From assembly GCF_000315625.1 (NCBI RefSeq), contig NW_005434587.1:186001-250000 (forward strand): a stretch of 64,000 nt of DNA, written 5' to 3'. Position numbers and translations under genes: made by a program. Numbering within the stretch: the first letter of the stretch is position 1; each line of letters opens with the position of its first letter. The notes below the pieces were generated by a model. That model did not search any database. It saw only the letters and a list, made by a program, of their open reading frames with translations, and was not told the origin of the DNA. Below are positions 23,108 to 35,043 of this stretch, piece by piece. The DNA comes from Guillardia theta CCMP2712 (lineage: Eukaryota; Protista; Cryptophyta).

Positions 23108-25310
23108 TCAAGGACGGAGCCATTCCTTGCTTGGCCAAGGTACATATTCCTAAAAGTGTACATCAGCTCAACCGCAGACAGGCAGAATTGTTTTCAACCA
23201 GCTTCTTGCGGAACTGATCAGCAAGCACTTTGATACCCAGAGAAAGAAAGAATGTGCATACGCAGAGAACCTGATTCTATGTCATTTCGACATGCACCAC
23301 ATGCCAAGTAGCCCCTGACCTTCATGCGAACACTTTGTGCGAAAGCAGAAGCAACTAATGCGGCCGCAGCAGCAAAGATTGAAATCTTGCTTCCGCGTGT
23401 CAGACGATGGTGAGCTCTAGAGCATGAGCTGCATATCTTCGTATGTTGTTCGTACCTGTGCGCACGAGTGATGAGGGATGAGACTGCTCTCACCAAACCT
23501 GTCCAGCAGCTCACGACGAGATCCCTTCTTCGGCAGCATGCTGGGGGTCCCCAACCATGCAGGCTGCCCTCCCTGCTTTTGAAGCCATTGCCGGAACGCC
23601 AGCACTGGTCTATCAGCCGCTGCTGGGACGTAGTATCTGATCAAAGACACTAGACGGTCAACACAGCACGATGTAAGATACAAGTGACACCTCTTGAAGT
23701 TCGAAGAGTCTTCGTCGCTACGTAGCTGCGATGTGAATCAGCAGGAGAAGTGGAAGGGAGGACCGAGGTAGCAAAACCTTTGATTCCAGTAGAGAGAGAA
23801 AGACATTGTCAGAATCGATCACTTGATTTTGAGACAAGTGAGTCATCCATCGCGGTTGCATTCTCACTATGTTTGCAACTATCTGGTTTGGGAAGCGAAA
23901 TGGGAATCTCGTAATGAGTCGGCTGTGGCCGGGAGCGGTCGGGATGCAATAAGTTCCAAGTCCGAGGAATGTTGAGTTCTTTTCCGGATCACTGCTTGAC
24001 TTTCTTTCTGTTTGACAATAAGAAAGGTCAGCTTGAAATGCTGATACCCAGAACATGATGAACATGAACTTGATTCGACATGTATGTATGATTGTGCAAA
24101 CATGACGAGTTAGTGATGGACGTACCGATCTCATACGAAATCAAGCAGGGAGGACGAAACTTGATCACAAACCTGGAGCTAGTGAGACCTTATAGAGCAA
24201 ACCTTCGACGACACGATCCCACACCTTCTCGAAGTTGAGTTTTGATCCATGTCATAGCCTTCGAAGCCTGCTTCGTGACTCTCAACATACAAGTTGATAG
24301 GCCTGCCTTGATCTCGGGCTTCGATCAACCCTGTCATCGTCAGATCAGAACAAAAAGCCTCAGCAGCAAAGTGATGAACCGTGATGCGCGAATGGAACAT
24401 GGCTGGGATCGACAAGGTTCTCAATAAGGGTATCCTGAAGAAACTATCAGCCCCTCGGGCATGGAGGTCTGAAACGTTCCATTACCCATCCATAAGGCAC
24501 ATCACGCATGAAGAAGTTGGTGGGATCCACGAAGGCAGGGTCGTCAAACTGTGGAATGATTTTTGGTGATTTTGACATGGCAAGATTTCTGTCTGTGTCG
24601 GGGAAAATCCAAAGTAATCCCTGAATGAGTTTTCACATGAAGGTTTCCCAACAGATGCCAACTTGCCTGCTCCTCCATCACTGGGTATGATGTTGCACAT
24701 GCCTTCTTGTCACATTTCATGGTATCCATGGAATCTTGCGGAATTCTTTCGCAGCTTCCTTTCTCGCTGAACTCCCAACCATGATAGGCACATTGCAGAT
24801 TCCCGTTCTTGTCTATCCTTCCTTCAGAAAGGGGAGCAAGTCGGTGTGGACATTCGTCGGCAAAACAGCTCCAAGTCCCGCTCGGCTGATGCCACCAGAC
24901 TACGAGGTCCAGACCTGTGAGACACATCAACGCTAGAGAAAAGAGGACGGGAGATCATGGCTGTATGGGAGATCATGTCACATACCAAGAAGAACAACTT
25001 GATTCGGTTGATCTTTTTTCAAATCTTTCGCCGGACTGACCGGATACCAGTCCAGCCATGAGAATTTCGAACTTACAGCGTCGGACATGCTAGACGTTTC
25101 AGCTCTCCCCAAGGTCGATCTTGTCTGCCTCTTCACCAAAGGATGCAGGGCAGGAGAGAACGAAGATGGTCTGTGATGAGGAGCCGTCAAGCTGGGCACT
25201 TTCTTGTCTAGCCTATGCTTCCCTCCATTGATCGGAATATGAGAAGTGACATGAAACGACGACGCGGAGCCGATGAGATATAAGTGAAGGAGCATGCGGG
25301 ATAACCGCAT
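23108..25310 (-). CDS. Plastid-targeted Rieske non-heme iron oxygenase, pheophorbide a oxygenase/PTC52/Tic55 family
   Basis: Leader ..LYLIGSASS-FHV. WYPV; Rieske motif DECPHRLAPLSEG..LQCAYHGW; Fe site NLVDPSHVPFAHH; RELLDR|YEQHTKICSSC (CxxC); C-terminal TM helices. Confidence 0.9.
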
Positions 25311-25866
25311 CTTTCTGTCAAGCAATGCAACAAGTCAGACCGTGACTGTCCATAAGCATTGCAGATGTTCTGTACTAGTTCAACATGAGTTCAGGATCGG
25401 ACTTTCCCTCAACGTCACATGAGCCTGTCTCTGATCACACCTCCTCCTAGCCTCTCTTATCCAATCTCACAGATATTTCCCCATTCTCCCCCAACCTCGC
25501 GCTCTCCTCCTCTTGGCTCGTCTCCTCTTCACTCCTCGCGCGCCTCGTTCTCGCTTGCATAGCTCATGGATCCCCGACGGGGTTGCTGCCTTTTCAATCA
25601 CGTTGGACTCAAAGGCATTTTATTTTGATGCCTTCTGTGTCAACAACAAGAGTCATCCGAGGCAGGCTTGTTATTCTTCAAACAAGTGTGCTATGAAACA
25701 GAGCGGTCACAGGCTCGGAGGGCCGTGCACTTGAACGAGCGCCGGAGGAATCAAGAAAGTGTGCACGGCTGGTGCACGGTAGAAGAGTCAAACAGACCCC
25801 AATGAAGTGATAGGAAGAGAAAGACATGCAGCACACTGTAACCCATTGGCAAACAACCGTGAATAT

Positions 25867-28133
25867 TTACACATCCTCCTCAAAAACTTTCCTGAGCTTC
25901 TCCTCCTGTTGCTTCGAAAGTTTTGGTGGGATCTTGACCGCGAAATGCACAACAAGATCCCCACGATCGGCTTTCGTTGATTTTCCCTTCATGAATCCAT
26001 AACCCGGAAACCGCATCTTCTCGCCCATCTTTGTAATCTCCTTGTTGTTCAGTACGACCTGGCTCCCGTCCAAGTGATCCATCTTCCTGCTGAACCCCAG
26101 CAGCGCTTCCCGCAAAGTCAGGCTAATATTGGCATGCAAGTCATATCCCTCGCGCCAGAAAGTCTTGTCCTTCTTCTCCTTCAGCACGAGAACAAGATCC
26201 CCAGCATCTGCTTGCGGCATCTGATTGCCCTCCCCATAAAAGACCAATTTCTCGCCTTCCATCATCCCAGGAACAACCTTCACCTGCACGGTGTGCTTCC
26301 GAGACACCTTGCCATGTCCATGGCAGACGCTGCAGTGCTCTGTGACGACGAAGCCTGCCCCGTCGCAGGCTGGGCACTCCATCTCAGCAAGACCGAAGGG
26401 GGTCTGTACCACCTGAGCTCCCCTCCCGTTGCAGTGGGGGCATCGCTTGCTGTGCTTTGCTCCTGAGCCTCGGCACGAGGGACACACTTCGGTCCTATGG
26501 TACGAGTAGTTGGAGACTCGACCCTTGAAGCAGTCTTCCAAGCTCATGTCGTGATATACCACTGTGTGCTGTACCTGCCTCCCCCAACGCTTCCCGCTCT
26601 GGTGCGAGCTTGCAATCTCTTCTGGCCCATTCACATACATCCAGTCGGAGGCAAAGTATGACAGAACCCCGACAAGCAACGACCACCAGAGCATGTTCCA
26701 CAAGAAATCATCTTTGTGGCCTTTTGTTTCCTGATTTGTTGCCACGGACGACAGGTCAGATCCAAACTGCTCCCGCAGTTTCCTGTTCAATCCGACGAGT
26801 TCTTCTTCAGCTATCTTGAGGTCCCATCCTCCGTTGCTTCTTTCTGCCACTTTCTGTTCGAACTCTACTCTCAGGTGTTCAACCGCTGCATGTTGACCTA
26901 ACGTACACAGTCAACCAAACATACACATGCTCGTCCTGTCCTTTCCTAAATTAATTTCAAGACCATTTTAACCTCTAGCGAAGAATTATCATCATTCAAA
27001 AACAACCAAACATCTTCTCCCATCCTTCTCTCATTCCTTTCCTTGTTTCGTTTGCATACACTGACATGCGTGAACACCTGGCGGGCTGGCTTCAACGCTG
27101 TCACCCGACCTCAATCTCCCTCTCTTCTCACATCTCTCTCCTCTCTCCTCTCTTCTCACCTTCATCCACCTTTTGCTTGAACCTCGCAAGCTCCTCCAGC
27201 GTCTTCTCGCGTCGCGCCATCACTGCGGGCCAACCCTCTAGTGGTGTTTGCGAGGCAGGGTGGAGCAGGAGGCAGCCCTCCAGGTGGGGTAGTGTTGCAG
27301 GGAAGTATAGACTATGGGGGGTACTCCCATGCCCTTGGTGGGGTACCTACTGCTGGGGGTGGTATATGGTGATCTGATGGGGTGGGGTTCAGTAGTTCGC
27401 TGTCTCGTGCATGGTGAGTCCAGCAGCGCTTCACCCCCTGCTCCTCTCTCCTCTCTCCTCTCTCTCTCTCTCTCCCCCCCTTCTTCCTCTTCCTCCTCTT
27501 CCTCCTATCCTATCTTGCCTGGGTTCGCATTTCTTCTCCACATCTGATTCCTAGTCCCTGCTTTCATGTTTCTCATCCTTATCGTTGATATCTGTCGTTG
27601 ATCAACACTTATACACTTGTAGACGAGATGGCCTTTCAACGAAATGTTGCAATTGAAGGATATCGATAGCTTTCAGGTGACATGATTATGTAATTGATTG
27701 TGTTGAAGTCAGAATGTCGATGATTCAAAGAAAAACAATGATAGGACTGAAGGGCTTTCGAAGGGCCTATTCATGTCGAAAATTTGCCGATTTCTTGAGA
27801 CATTTCATACCCGTCTTTCTCCCATAACATCCGTTAGTGTTGTGTGAGATGCTGATTACACCTCCTTTACAGATTTTCTGAAGGCAATGCGTTCCGACCT
27901 GTTGAGCCATGGCTTCCCCATGCTGTAAATTGTTGTGCATAACTCATGTCTTACTAGTAGAGTAAATGATGATGTGTTGTATGCGTATGCTGTATTTGTC
28001 TCTCGATTCCTACTAGTCTTATGGTCGTGAGCAAGTTTGGAGTCGTCTCCATCACCGCTATGGCCTCATGTAACAAGTCTACCATCCTCTCCTCCCAGTT
28101 CAGCCATGGAACTCCCGGATCTCTTGCCGCCAT
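25867..28133 (-). CDS. DnaJ/Hsp40-like protein: TM helix + 4x CxxCxGxG zinc finger + C-terminal substrate-binding domain (N-terminal exons uncertain)
   Basis: Large exon ~25867-26899 with CPSCRGSG, CPHCNGRG, CPACDGAG, CSVCHGHG, GEGNQ..GDL and ISLTLREALLGF..HLDG. It is preceded by hydrophobic LWNMLWWSLLVGVLSYF. The upstream exons to the ATG at 28133 are tentative. Confidence 0.75.
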
Positions 28134-28194
28134 GTTGCCATCACAAGATGCGAGACTGAAGTAAGGTGGAAGAACAAGACGAAAATGCTACTTC

Positions 28195-28521
28195 ATGCGT
28201 GAAGATGCCGACTTCTTGTCCAATATTTCTCCTCCTCCTGTACCTTCCTCACTGAGCAACACGATCCAATACAGAGCGCATAGATTCGACAGCAAAGGAG
28301 CTGACTCGAACCGTAGATCGAGGGCCGCAGTCTGTTCCATGAGGAGAGACACTGACAGTCCAGTTGAAAGAAGCGGGCAAGCAGCCTCCGAAGCTGCGAG
28401 CAGCCTCCGAAGCTGCGAGGAGCAGCAAAAGAGACTCAAACTGAACATCGGACGGTCTACATCACATGATGTTGATAGCTACTACGATACTTGCGACAAA
28501 ATTTTCGGCCCTCATCAGTGA
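28195..28521 (+). CDS. Possible small hypothetical protein (108 aa)
   Basis: ATG-initiated ORF divergent from the DnaJ-like gene; no recognisable domain. Confidence 0.3.
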   Translation: MREDADFLSNISPPPVPSSLSNTIQYRAHRFDSKGADSNRRSRAAVCSMRRDTDSPVERSGQAASEAASSLRSCEEQQKRLKLNIGRSTSHDVDSYYDTCDKIFGPHQ

Positions 28522-28874
28522 CTTGGTGTGTGATCGTGCGAATCTGAAAGCTGATGGGTGTGATCAAGGATTGATCGATGAGTTTGATCACTGATGACAA
28601 CTTCATTGATGAGTGTGATGATAATCATAGCTTACGTCTGTCGTCATCGTTCAACGTCACACTGCCAACGTGACGGTGACTGAGCTCAGCGGCTGACCCC
28701 CGGCCATGTCAGCGGCCCGGGAGTCACTGGGCGCAGCAGGCGGCTGACTGAGCAGAGTCAGCAGGAGTCCACGGGGTCCGATCAGCAGGCCCGGACTCGA
28801 GTCAGCAGGGGAGTCAGCCCGCCGGTCGGTCAGAGAGGGGACGAGGCCTGGTCGGGGAGATCTAAAGGGAAACG

Positions 28875-31063
28875 ATGCTGGAGCTTGGAGCGGGACGAGG
28901 GATGGCGGGGATGGCGGGGATGGCGGGGACGATGGCAGCAACAAGGATGATGAATGATGATGTGAGAATGAGGAGATGTGAAGTTGCCTTCATGCCAAGC
29001 TCTGGCTGTATGCTTTCCCAACCAGGTTGGGTCAGAGCCCCGACGGTCTGCAGCAAAGGCAATGGCGGGTTCAGGGAGGTGCGGAGGAGCAGCAAAAGTG
29101 TCTTGCGGATGCAGGTGAAAGAGCGGGCAGATGAAACCATCAGGCTGAAGAACTCTCTGTTTGTTGTGCTAACTTCGCTGGCGATCTCCATTTGCTATGC
29201 CGATCGTGCAAACATTGCTGATGCTATTTTACCCATGTCAGCGGAGCTAGGCTTCGCAAGAAGCGTAGAGGGGATTGTCTTATCCTCGTTCTTCATAGGA
29301 TATGCATCCACGCAGATTGCTGGTGGTTGGCTGTCCGACAAATTCGGAGGAAAGAACGTGCTGTCTGTCGCTGTCTTCCTCTGGTCAGTCGCCACAGTCT
29401 TCACTCCCGTGTTCGCTCGATCGGGCCTGTACAACTTGATTCTGATCCGCATCCTCATGGGCGTGGGAGAGGGTCCGGCGTTTCCTGCGATCCATTCGAT
29501 GATTTCGAGGACGATACCGAACGAGCGGAAAACCACAGTCGTCGCTATCGTCACTGCCGCGAGCTACGTCGGATCCCTCCTTGCATTCGCTGTTTGCCCG
29601 GCGATCATGGCTTCCTCCTCCTGGGACAGCGTCTTCTACAGCTTTGGTAGTCTGGGACTTGTCTGGCTTCCACTCTGGTTTTTGTATACAAGGTTTTTCC
29701 CTTCCCTTGACAAGTCAACAGTCGCAATTACAGGTGAAGGAACTGAGATTGTTTTGCGGGGGGAATGAAACCCTTGCTTGTCAGACGTTTCAGGCAATAC
29801 TGCACCAGGAAACAATGTCTTGGAGCTAACAAGATCACTTCTGTTCAAGAAAGAAGTCTGGGCGATCATCGTAGCACAATACACTCAGAGCTGGGTAGTG
29901 AACATTTGTCGCCTCAACTTCCTCTCAGAAGTGTTTCAGGGGCTGTATGGAGTGATGAACTGGCTTCCAGCATACATTAACGAAGAGTTTCATGTGTGTG
30001 CGACTGTGAAGTTTTCTCTGCGCTGACAACTTGATGTCTTCAGGTCAAGGTGGAAGACTTAGCAGGATTCACTGTCCTTCCCTACCTGCTGCAGGTGGGA
30101 AACTTTTTCATGAGACACGCAGTAGAGAGAAGGACGAGGAGGAGAAGTTGGGACTAGAAGGAGGATGAAGAGAACAGGGTCTAGGAGACAGAGATTGAAA
30201 TGGAGGAGGAACAAGATGAGTTGGATTAAGGGGTAGACACAAGCAGACGAGGAGGAGGAGGAGGAGGAGGAGGAGGATGAGGAAGAGGAGGAGGAGGAGG
30301 TCACTTGTTGGATCAGGGAGGAGTTGGACTGGTCTCTGGAGTGATAGCAGATAGCCTTATCAGCAAGGGGATTCGAGTCAAAGTTGTCAGACAGGTCAGT
30401 CCTCTACTATCCCCTCCTCCACCTCCTGCTCCTGCTTCCCAATCCCTCCTGATCCCTCGCGCCCTCGTCTCACGTTCCAGACTAGCTGACTTCAACCTTC
30501 CTTGTAGGCGATGCAAGGGATCGGCATGCTTGGTCCTGGCCTCCTCCTGTGCTTTGCGGCAGGCTCGCATTCTGCTCAGGCTCCTCCAGCCGCTCCTGCC
30601 ATCTCCGTCTGACAGGTCCAGCAGGAGGCGACTCTCTTCCTTGCAGGCGGCCTGGGGCTCTCAGCTCTGACGTTGGGGGGAGTGTCTGCCAACCATCTTG
30701 ACATCGCCAAGAGTGAGCACTTGCTCCTGCTGTCCCCCTGCTCATCCCCAGCAGAGAACAGCGGCCTGGTCTTCGGCATCGGCAACACAGCTGGCACGTT
30801 GGGAGGGTTTGTAAGCGTTGCACTTTGCGGATGGCTGCAGGAGATTACACACTCATGGCCAACGGTGAGGAGGATGAGGATGAGGATGAGGATGATGATG
30901 ATGATGAGGAGGAGGAGGTAGACACATTTGTCCCTTCGAGCTGAAGTTCGTGCAGGTCTTGACAGTCATCGCAGCCCATTATGCTGTGGGGGCGTTGGCT
31001 TGGGTTGCCTGGGTGGGGGATGAGGAAGTTGTGCAGGACACAGTGGTAGAGGGGAGGAGATGA
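28875..31063 (+). CDS. MFS anion/phosphate transporter, SLC17/PHT4 (ANTR) family
   Basis: ICYADRANI, LSSFFIGYASTQIAGGWLSDKFGGK, RILMGVGEGPAFPA, GVSANHLDIAK, LVFGIGNTAGTLGG. Multi-exon; TGA at 31061-31063. Confidence 0.92.
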
Positions 31064-31159
31064 CGAACTTCGGAGCACAGAATTTTCAGTATCATAACAA
31101 AAAGAATCAAGACAAAATTACAAATCCAAACACGACAGTTTGGAAACTGAGCAGCCGTT

Positions 31160-32794
31160 TCACTGAGTGTAGCTCTCCCTAATCGCCGCCGACTGCTCGA
31201 GCGCGTCAAAGATCCTTGCCCCCACCTCCAGCCCGTCCTCCTCCTCCTTCCCCTCTCCTGCTACCACCTTGAGCACGTTGTAGGCCTGCGCGAAGCCGAG
31301 GACGACTCCCTTGAGCAGTTGGTCGTGATCGAGCTCCATCTGCGACACGGGCTCTGACTTGGAGACTGCGAGGGGGAGCATGTGGACGCCTCTGAAGGGC
31401 GACCCCTTGCCGGCCTCGTTCAACCGGAGGATATCCTCTCCGTAAACGCGCGAGTGCCTGTCCTCGAAGAGAAAGTCGAGGATGCGGGGGAAGGAGCTGA
31501 GGCAGGTGGGGGCCAGCAGCCGCTCGAAGATCTTGAGGAAGCTCTGGGGAAGAGGAATCTCGTCCGGCCAAGTTCGAAGCACAAGGAGGTGCGTACAGCC
31601 GTCCTCTACCGCTGACCTGTACGGGATGGGCTCGAAGACAACAGCATCCACCATACGATCTCTCTCCAGCCGCTCCTCCCCCTGCCATCTCTCCACAGGG
31701 ACGGGGGAGCAGCCAGCGATCCCGGGGAGGTAGCAGGAAGCCCTCAAGCACTCGAGCAGGGAAGGAAGATCCTCGAAGTATCCTTTCCGGCTGCTCATTG
31801 CCACCGCTCGTCCTCGCTCGACGCTGCTCGCTACGATGTTGAGAGGTTGATGCCTGTTCCTTGCAGCAAAGGACGTCCAGTTGAGTGCAGCCGCTCCATC
31901 ATCCTCCATCATGAATCTGCAGATCCTGTCGAGGGAGAGGACAGGCACCAGCTCCTTCTTCCTCGAGTGCCGGAGCATGTCGATGACTCGGCGGGTGTCA
32001 ATGAAAGTCTTCCCGCTCTTGGGCAGCAGCTCGAGGAAGAAACGATGAGTCTCCTGTACTCCTCCTCCAGCAACAAAGTACGTCCCGATGAGCGAGCCTG
32101 CCGAGGACCCGTAGATCGCGTCAAATGCTTCCTGCATCCCCAGATGCTCAATCGCCGCTGCCATCCCAGCCGAAACGCATCCTCGCATGCCTCCTCCTTC
32201 GATCACCAGGCCCAGCTTGAACTTGTCCCCTCTCTTCCCCGGCTGCGATCTGCTTCGCAGCCTGTCGCCCAGGATCTTGAGCACGGCATGGTTGCCAGAT
32301 TTGACCATGTTGTCTTCCGAGCATCCTCTCCCCTTGATCTGTTTGTAAGCGTCATCAACCGGAATGCGGCAGTTGTCGATCAGATGAGCGAATTGCTCTT
32401 CTGTCTCCACGCTCATCGAGATCTTCTCTTTGGACCAAACTTTTGTGAGCGCCATCAACTTGTTGAGCACTCGCTCGTACATGCTCGACCTCTTGGATCG
32501 GAAGCCCTCTTTGATGTACGCATCGTCAATGCTCACAGTCATGCGTGTGCGAGCAACTGAAAGCTTCTTCTTCGGTCTCACCTGTACTTTCTGTGGCAAA
32601 GGCGATCCGGATGGAAGTAGCTTTGTGCTCAGAGCACTAGGCACGAACGCGCAGTCTCGCGCATGTGCAAGGGGCAGAGGAGGACTGAGTCTAGAAGCTC
32701 TGCCCGCAGCATCTTGATGCACGTGATACCCACCAGTGAACCCGGCGATGCACAAGGAAATGAGAGAGGTAAAGGCCGCAAAATTTCCCATCAT
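31160..32794 (-). CDS. Patatin-like phospholipase (YjjU-like), N-terminal signal/targeting leader, intronless
   Basis: Oxyanion hole EGGGMRG, nucleophile elbow GSSAG, LRASCYLP, and catalytic Asp in MVDAVVFEPIP. Confidence 0.9.
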   Translation of the reverse strand: MMGNFAAFTSLISLCIAGFTGGYHVHQDAAGRASRLSPPLPLAHARDCAFVPSALSTKLLPSGSPLPQKVQVRPKKKLSVARTRMTVSIDDAYIKEGFRSKRSSMYERVLNKLMALTKVWSKEKISMSVETEEQFAHLIDNCRIPVDDAYKQIKGRGCSEDNMVKSGNHAVLKILGDRLRSRSQPGKRGDKFKLGLVIEGGGMRGCVSAGMAAAIEHLGMQEAFDAIYGSSAGSLIGTYFVAGGGVQETHRFFLELLPKSGKTFIDTRRVIDMLRHSRKKELVPVLSLDRICRFMMEDDGAAALNWTSFAARNRHQPLNIVASSVERGRAVAMSSRKGYFEDLPSLLECLRASCYLPGIAGCSPVPVERWQGEERLERDRMVDAVVFEPIPYRSAVEDGCTHLLVLRTWPDEIPLPQSFLKIFERLLAPTCLSSFPRILDFLFEDRHSRVYGEDILRLNEAGKGSPFRGVHMLPLAVSKSEPVSQMELDHDQLLKGVVLGFAQAYNVLKVVAGEGKEEEDGLEVGARIFDALEQSAAIRESYTQ

Positions 32795-33679
32795 TGTGTA
32801 CAGAAGGACCTTGAAGGGATTTCCAGTGATGAAGCTCCACGTTCCTCCAGACCTTTCAATTCAAACAAGGTCCATCCTTCTTCAGGCTTCTGATCGCCCT
32901 GCTGCAGCACCGTGTACCTATCGTTACCGACGAGTGTTTCGGGCTTGTTGTTAACTGTATTCTGGTGATGGTTTCAAGTGTGATGCTTTCAGTTGATCTT
33001 GTACAAGCACTCGCTAGCTTGTCTCACTCACAATCTTGCTTGTTTCCTCCCTGTTGCTCCCTGTGCCGGCGTAGTCCTTCACTCAAGCAGTTTAAATTGG
33101 TTTTATAAATCTAAAATAATGTTAAAATGTCATAAATAGTTTTTTCATATTTAAAATTAGTTTTTCCCTGTTAAACCACCAAAAACCGATATAGAATATG
33201 AAACACTGGACGGTTCAATTCAATTTCCTACTAAGTTCTATAGTCAACTTGGACCAAATATTGACTATATACCATCATGGAAGTCAATTTTCAACTAATT
33301 ATATTGACTACAAGCATTGATTGGAATCTCAAGATATTTACTATAACCCCTGCAGCGTTAAGTCTCTTCATAGCGTGCAAGGGTTCCATTCCACTACCCG
33401 TACCCCTCATCCATGACCCACCCTCTACAGGATCAGGGTATCAACACCCCTGCTCTTCAATCATTACCCTACCTTTTTATCACTATTACCCCAGTATTTT
33501 TCTACAATGTGGATACCCCTGCTTACACACACCCAGTAATTCAAAGGACACAATGGGATTACCCCCTCAAAACACACCCTACCCTCCTTTAAACCTGTCA
33601 CGTGAGAAGACGGATCTCTTCCTACACCCCTTGATATCATCAGGCACGACTCACCGCCAGTTACAAAATCGTTACAAAC

Positions 33680-34330
33680 CTTTCACCTGCGCGGCCCGGC
33701 CGCCCGGCCGGGCCGGCAGTTACGCCGGGTGCACGCCGCGCGGCGGCGGCGGCTGAGCCCCCCCCCCCCTCCACTGAGTGACTCCCCCCTAGCCTGGCCC
33801 GGCCCGGACTGGCATTCAATGATTCACTGAGTGTGGCGGCCCGGTCACGGTGCAGCCTCGCCGGCGGGTAGTCACGGCGGCGAGCCTCACAAGGCAAGTT
33901 CATTCCGCCGTGAGTCACAAGTTCGGTGAAGTTCATTACGGTTTCCCGGCGGAAGTTCTTTCAACTTACTGACAGTGAGTGAACTTTAATTCCTTTGATT
34001 CGAGGTGGCACATGGCGGGCCGGGCTCAGTCCCGGCCCGGCCCCCGGCCCGGCACTGGGCCGGCCGTGCCGCTGCCCGGGTGGCACACCGTGACTGGGGG
34101 TGAGTCGGTCATCATGGCGCGGCCCACTCCGGGCCCGTCGGCATATCATCCTCGTATGTCTACTCGCTACCGTTTTACTAGTGACTACAGTGATTTCTTG
34201 AACTCAGTGTTCACGATTTTACTGACTGCCCTCCCGGGCCCGGCGGAGGCCGCGCGCTCGCGGTGACACTTCAGCTGTCACGGTGTAGCGGGGCCTCAGG
34301 GCCTCCAAGCCTGGCCGCACTGCGGCTGGC
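33680..34330. promoter_or_regulatory. CpG/CCGG-rich intergenic island with GAGTC/TGACTC motifs (similar islands at ~9110-9425, 22920-23010, 28660-28830, 36200-36890)
   Basis: Locally very high GC and CCGG density with recurrent TGAGTC/GACTCA words. A regulatory role is inferred only. Confidence 0.4.
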
Positions 34331-34684
34331 AACACTGAGCAGTATGATGAGGGGAATTCATGGCATGATCATTGCCAGGAGGATTTCCGATGGCACGCAG
34401 TCACCAACTGCATCATGAAGATGTAAGGACCGCATAGTTCCTTTAGGCCGACGCTCCAGGTTGTGCGCATTGCTGTTGCAGTATTATTCTTTTTCATTTA
34501 TTTGATTTGTGAGCGAGCAGATACTTCAAACCCCAAAAAAGCATCCTGAACCTACGTGAACGATACTAGACGTCCTACGACACGTGAGAAGCAAAAACCT
34601 CATCGAAGCAGAGACACAAGTCAGGAACAACAAACACAGCCATCACGACACGACATGATCTAATTTCGTAAATACATTCGTCCG

Positions 34685-35043
34685 CTAATGCTTTGCAGAA
34701 TCGGCATTGATGTACTCTCCCGACGCAAGCCCATAATAGTTGTGGGAGTTGCGAACACGCAGCTGTCCAGCTTCTGCACGGACGTATGGGCTGAGGTGAC
34801 TGTTGATGTATGCGATATCCTTGGGGACAAGTTCTCCCTCGTCCTCCTGTAAAGTTCGGTCAGAAGCAAGAACTCTCTCAAGCATAACAAACGCACCTTC
34901 AGCTTCGCAAGCTCCACATGATCGTGTGCCTTGTGCATCTTGGTGGAATGAGTGCTGTAGTGCTCCACTGCAACAAGCCCACCGATCCCGAAGGATGCAG
35001 CAACGAGACTCAACTTCAAGATGCCCATAGATCGATTACTCAT
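34685..35043 (-). CDS. Small membrane-anchored/secreted hypothetical protein (~100 aa, 1 intron)
   Basis: MSNRSMGILKLSLVAASFGIGGLVAV..HVELAKLK, a GT-AG intron (~34848-34896), then EDEGELVPKDIAYINSHLSPY..DSAKH*. Confidence 0.6.
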
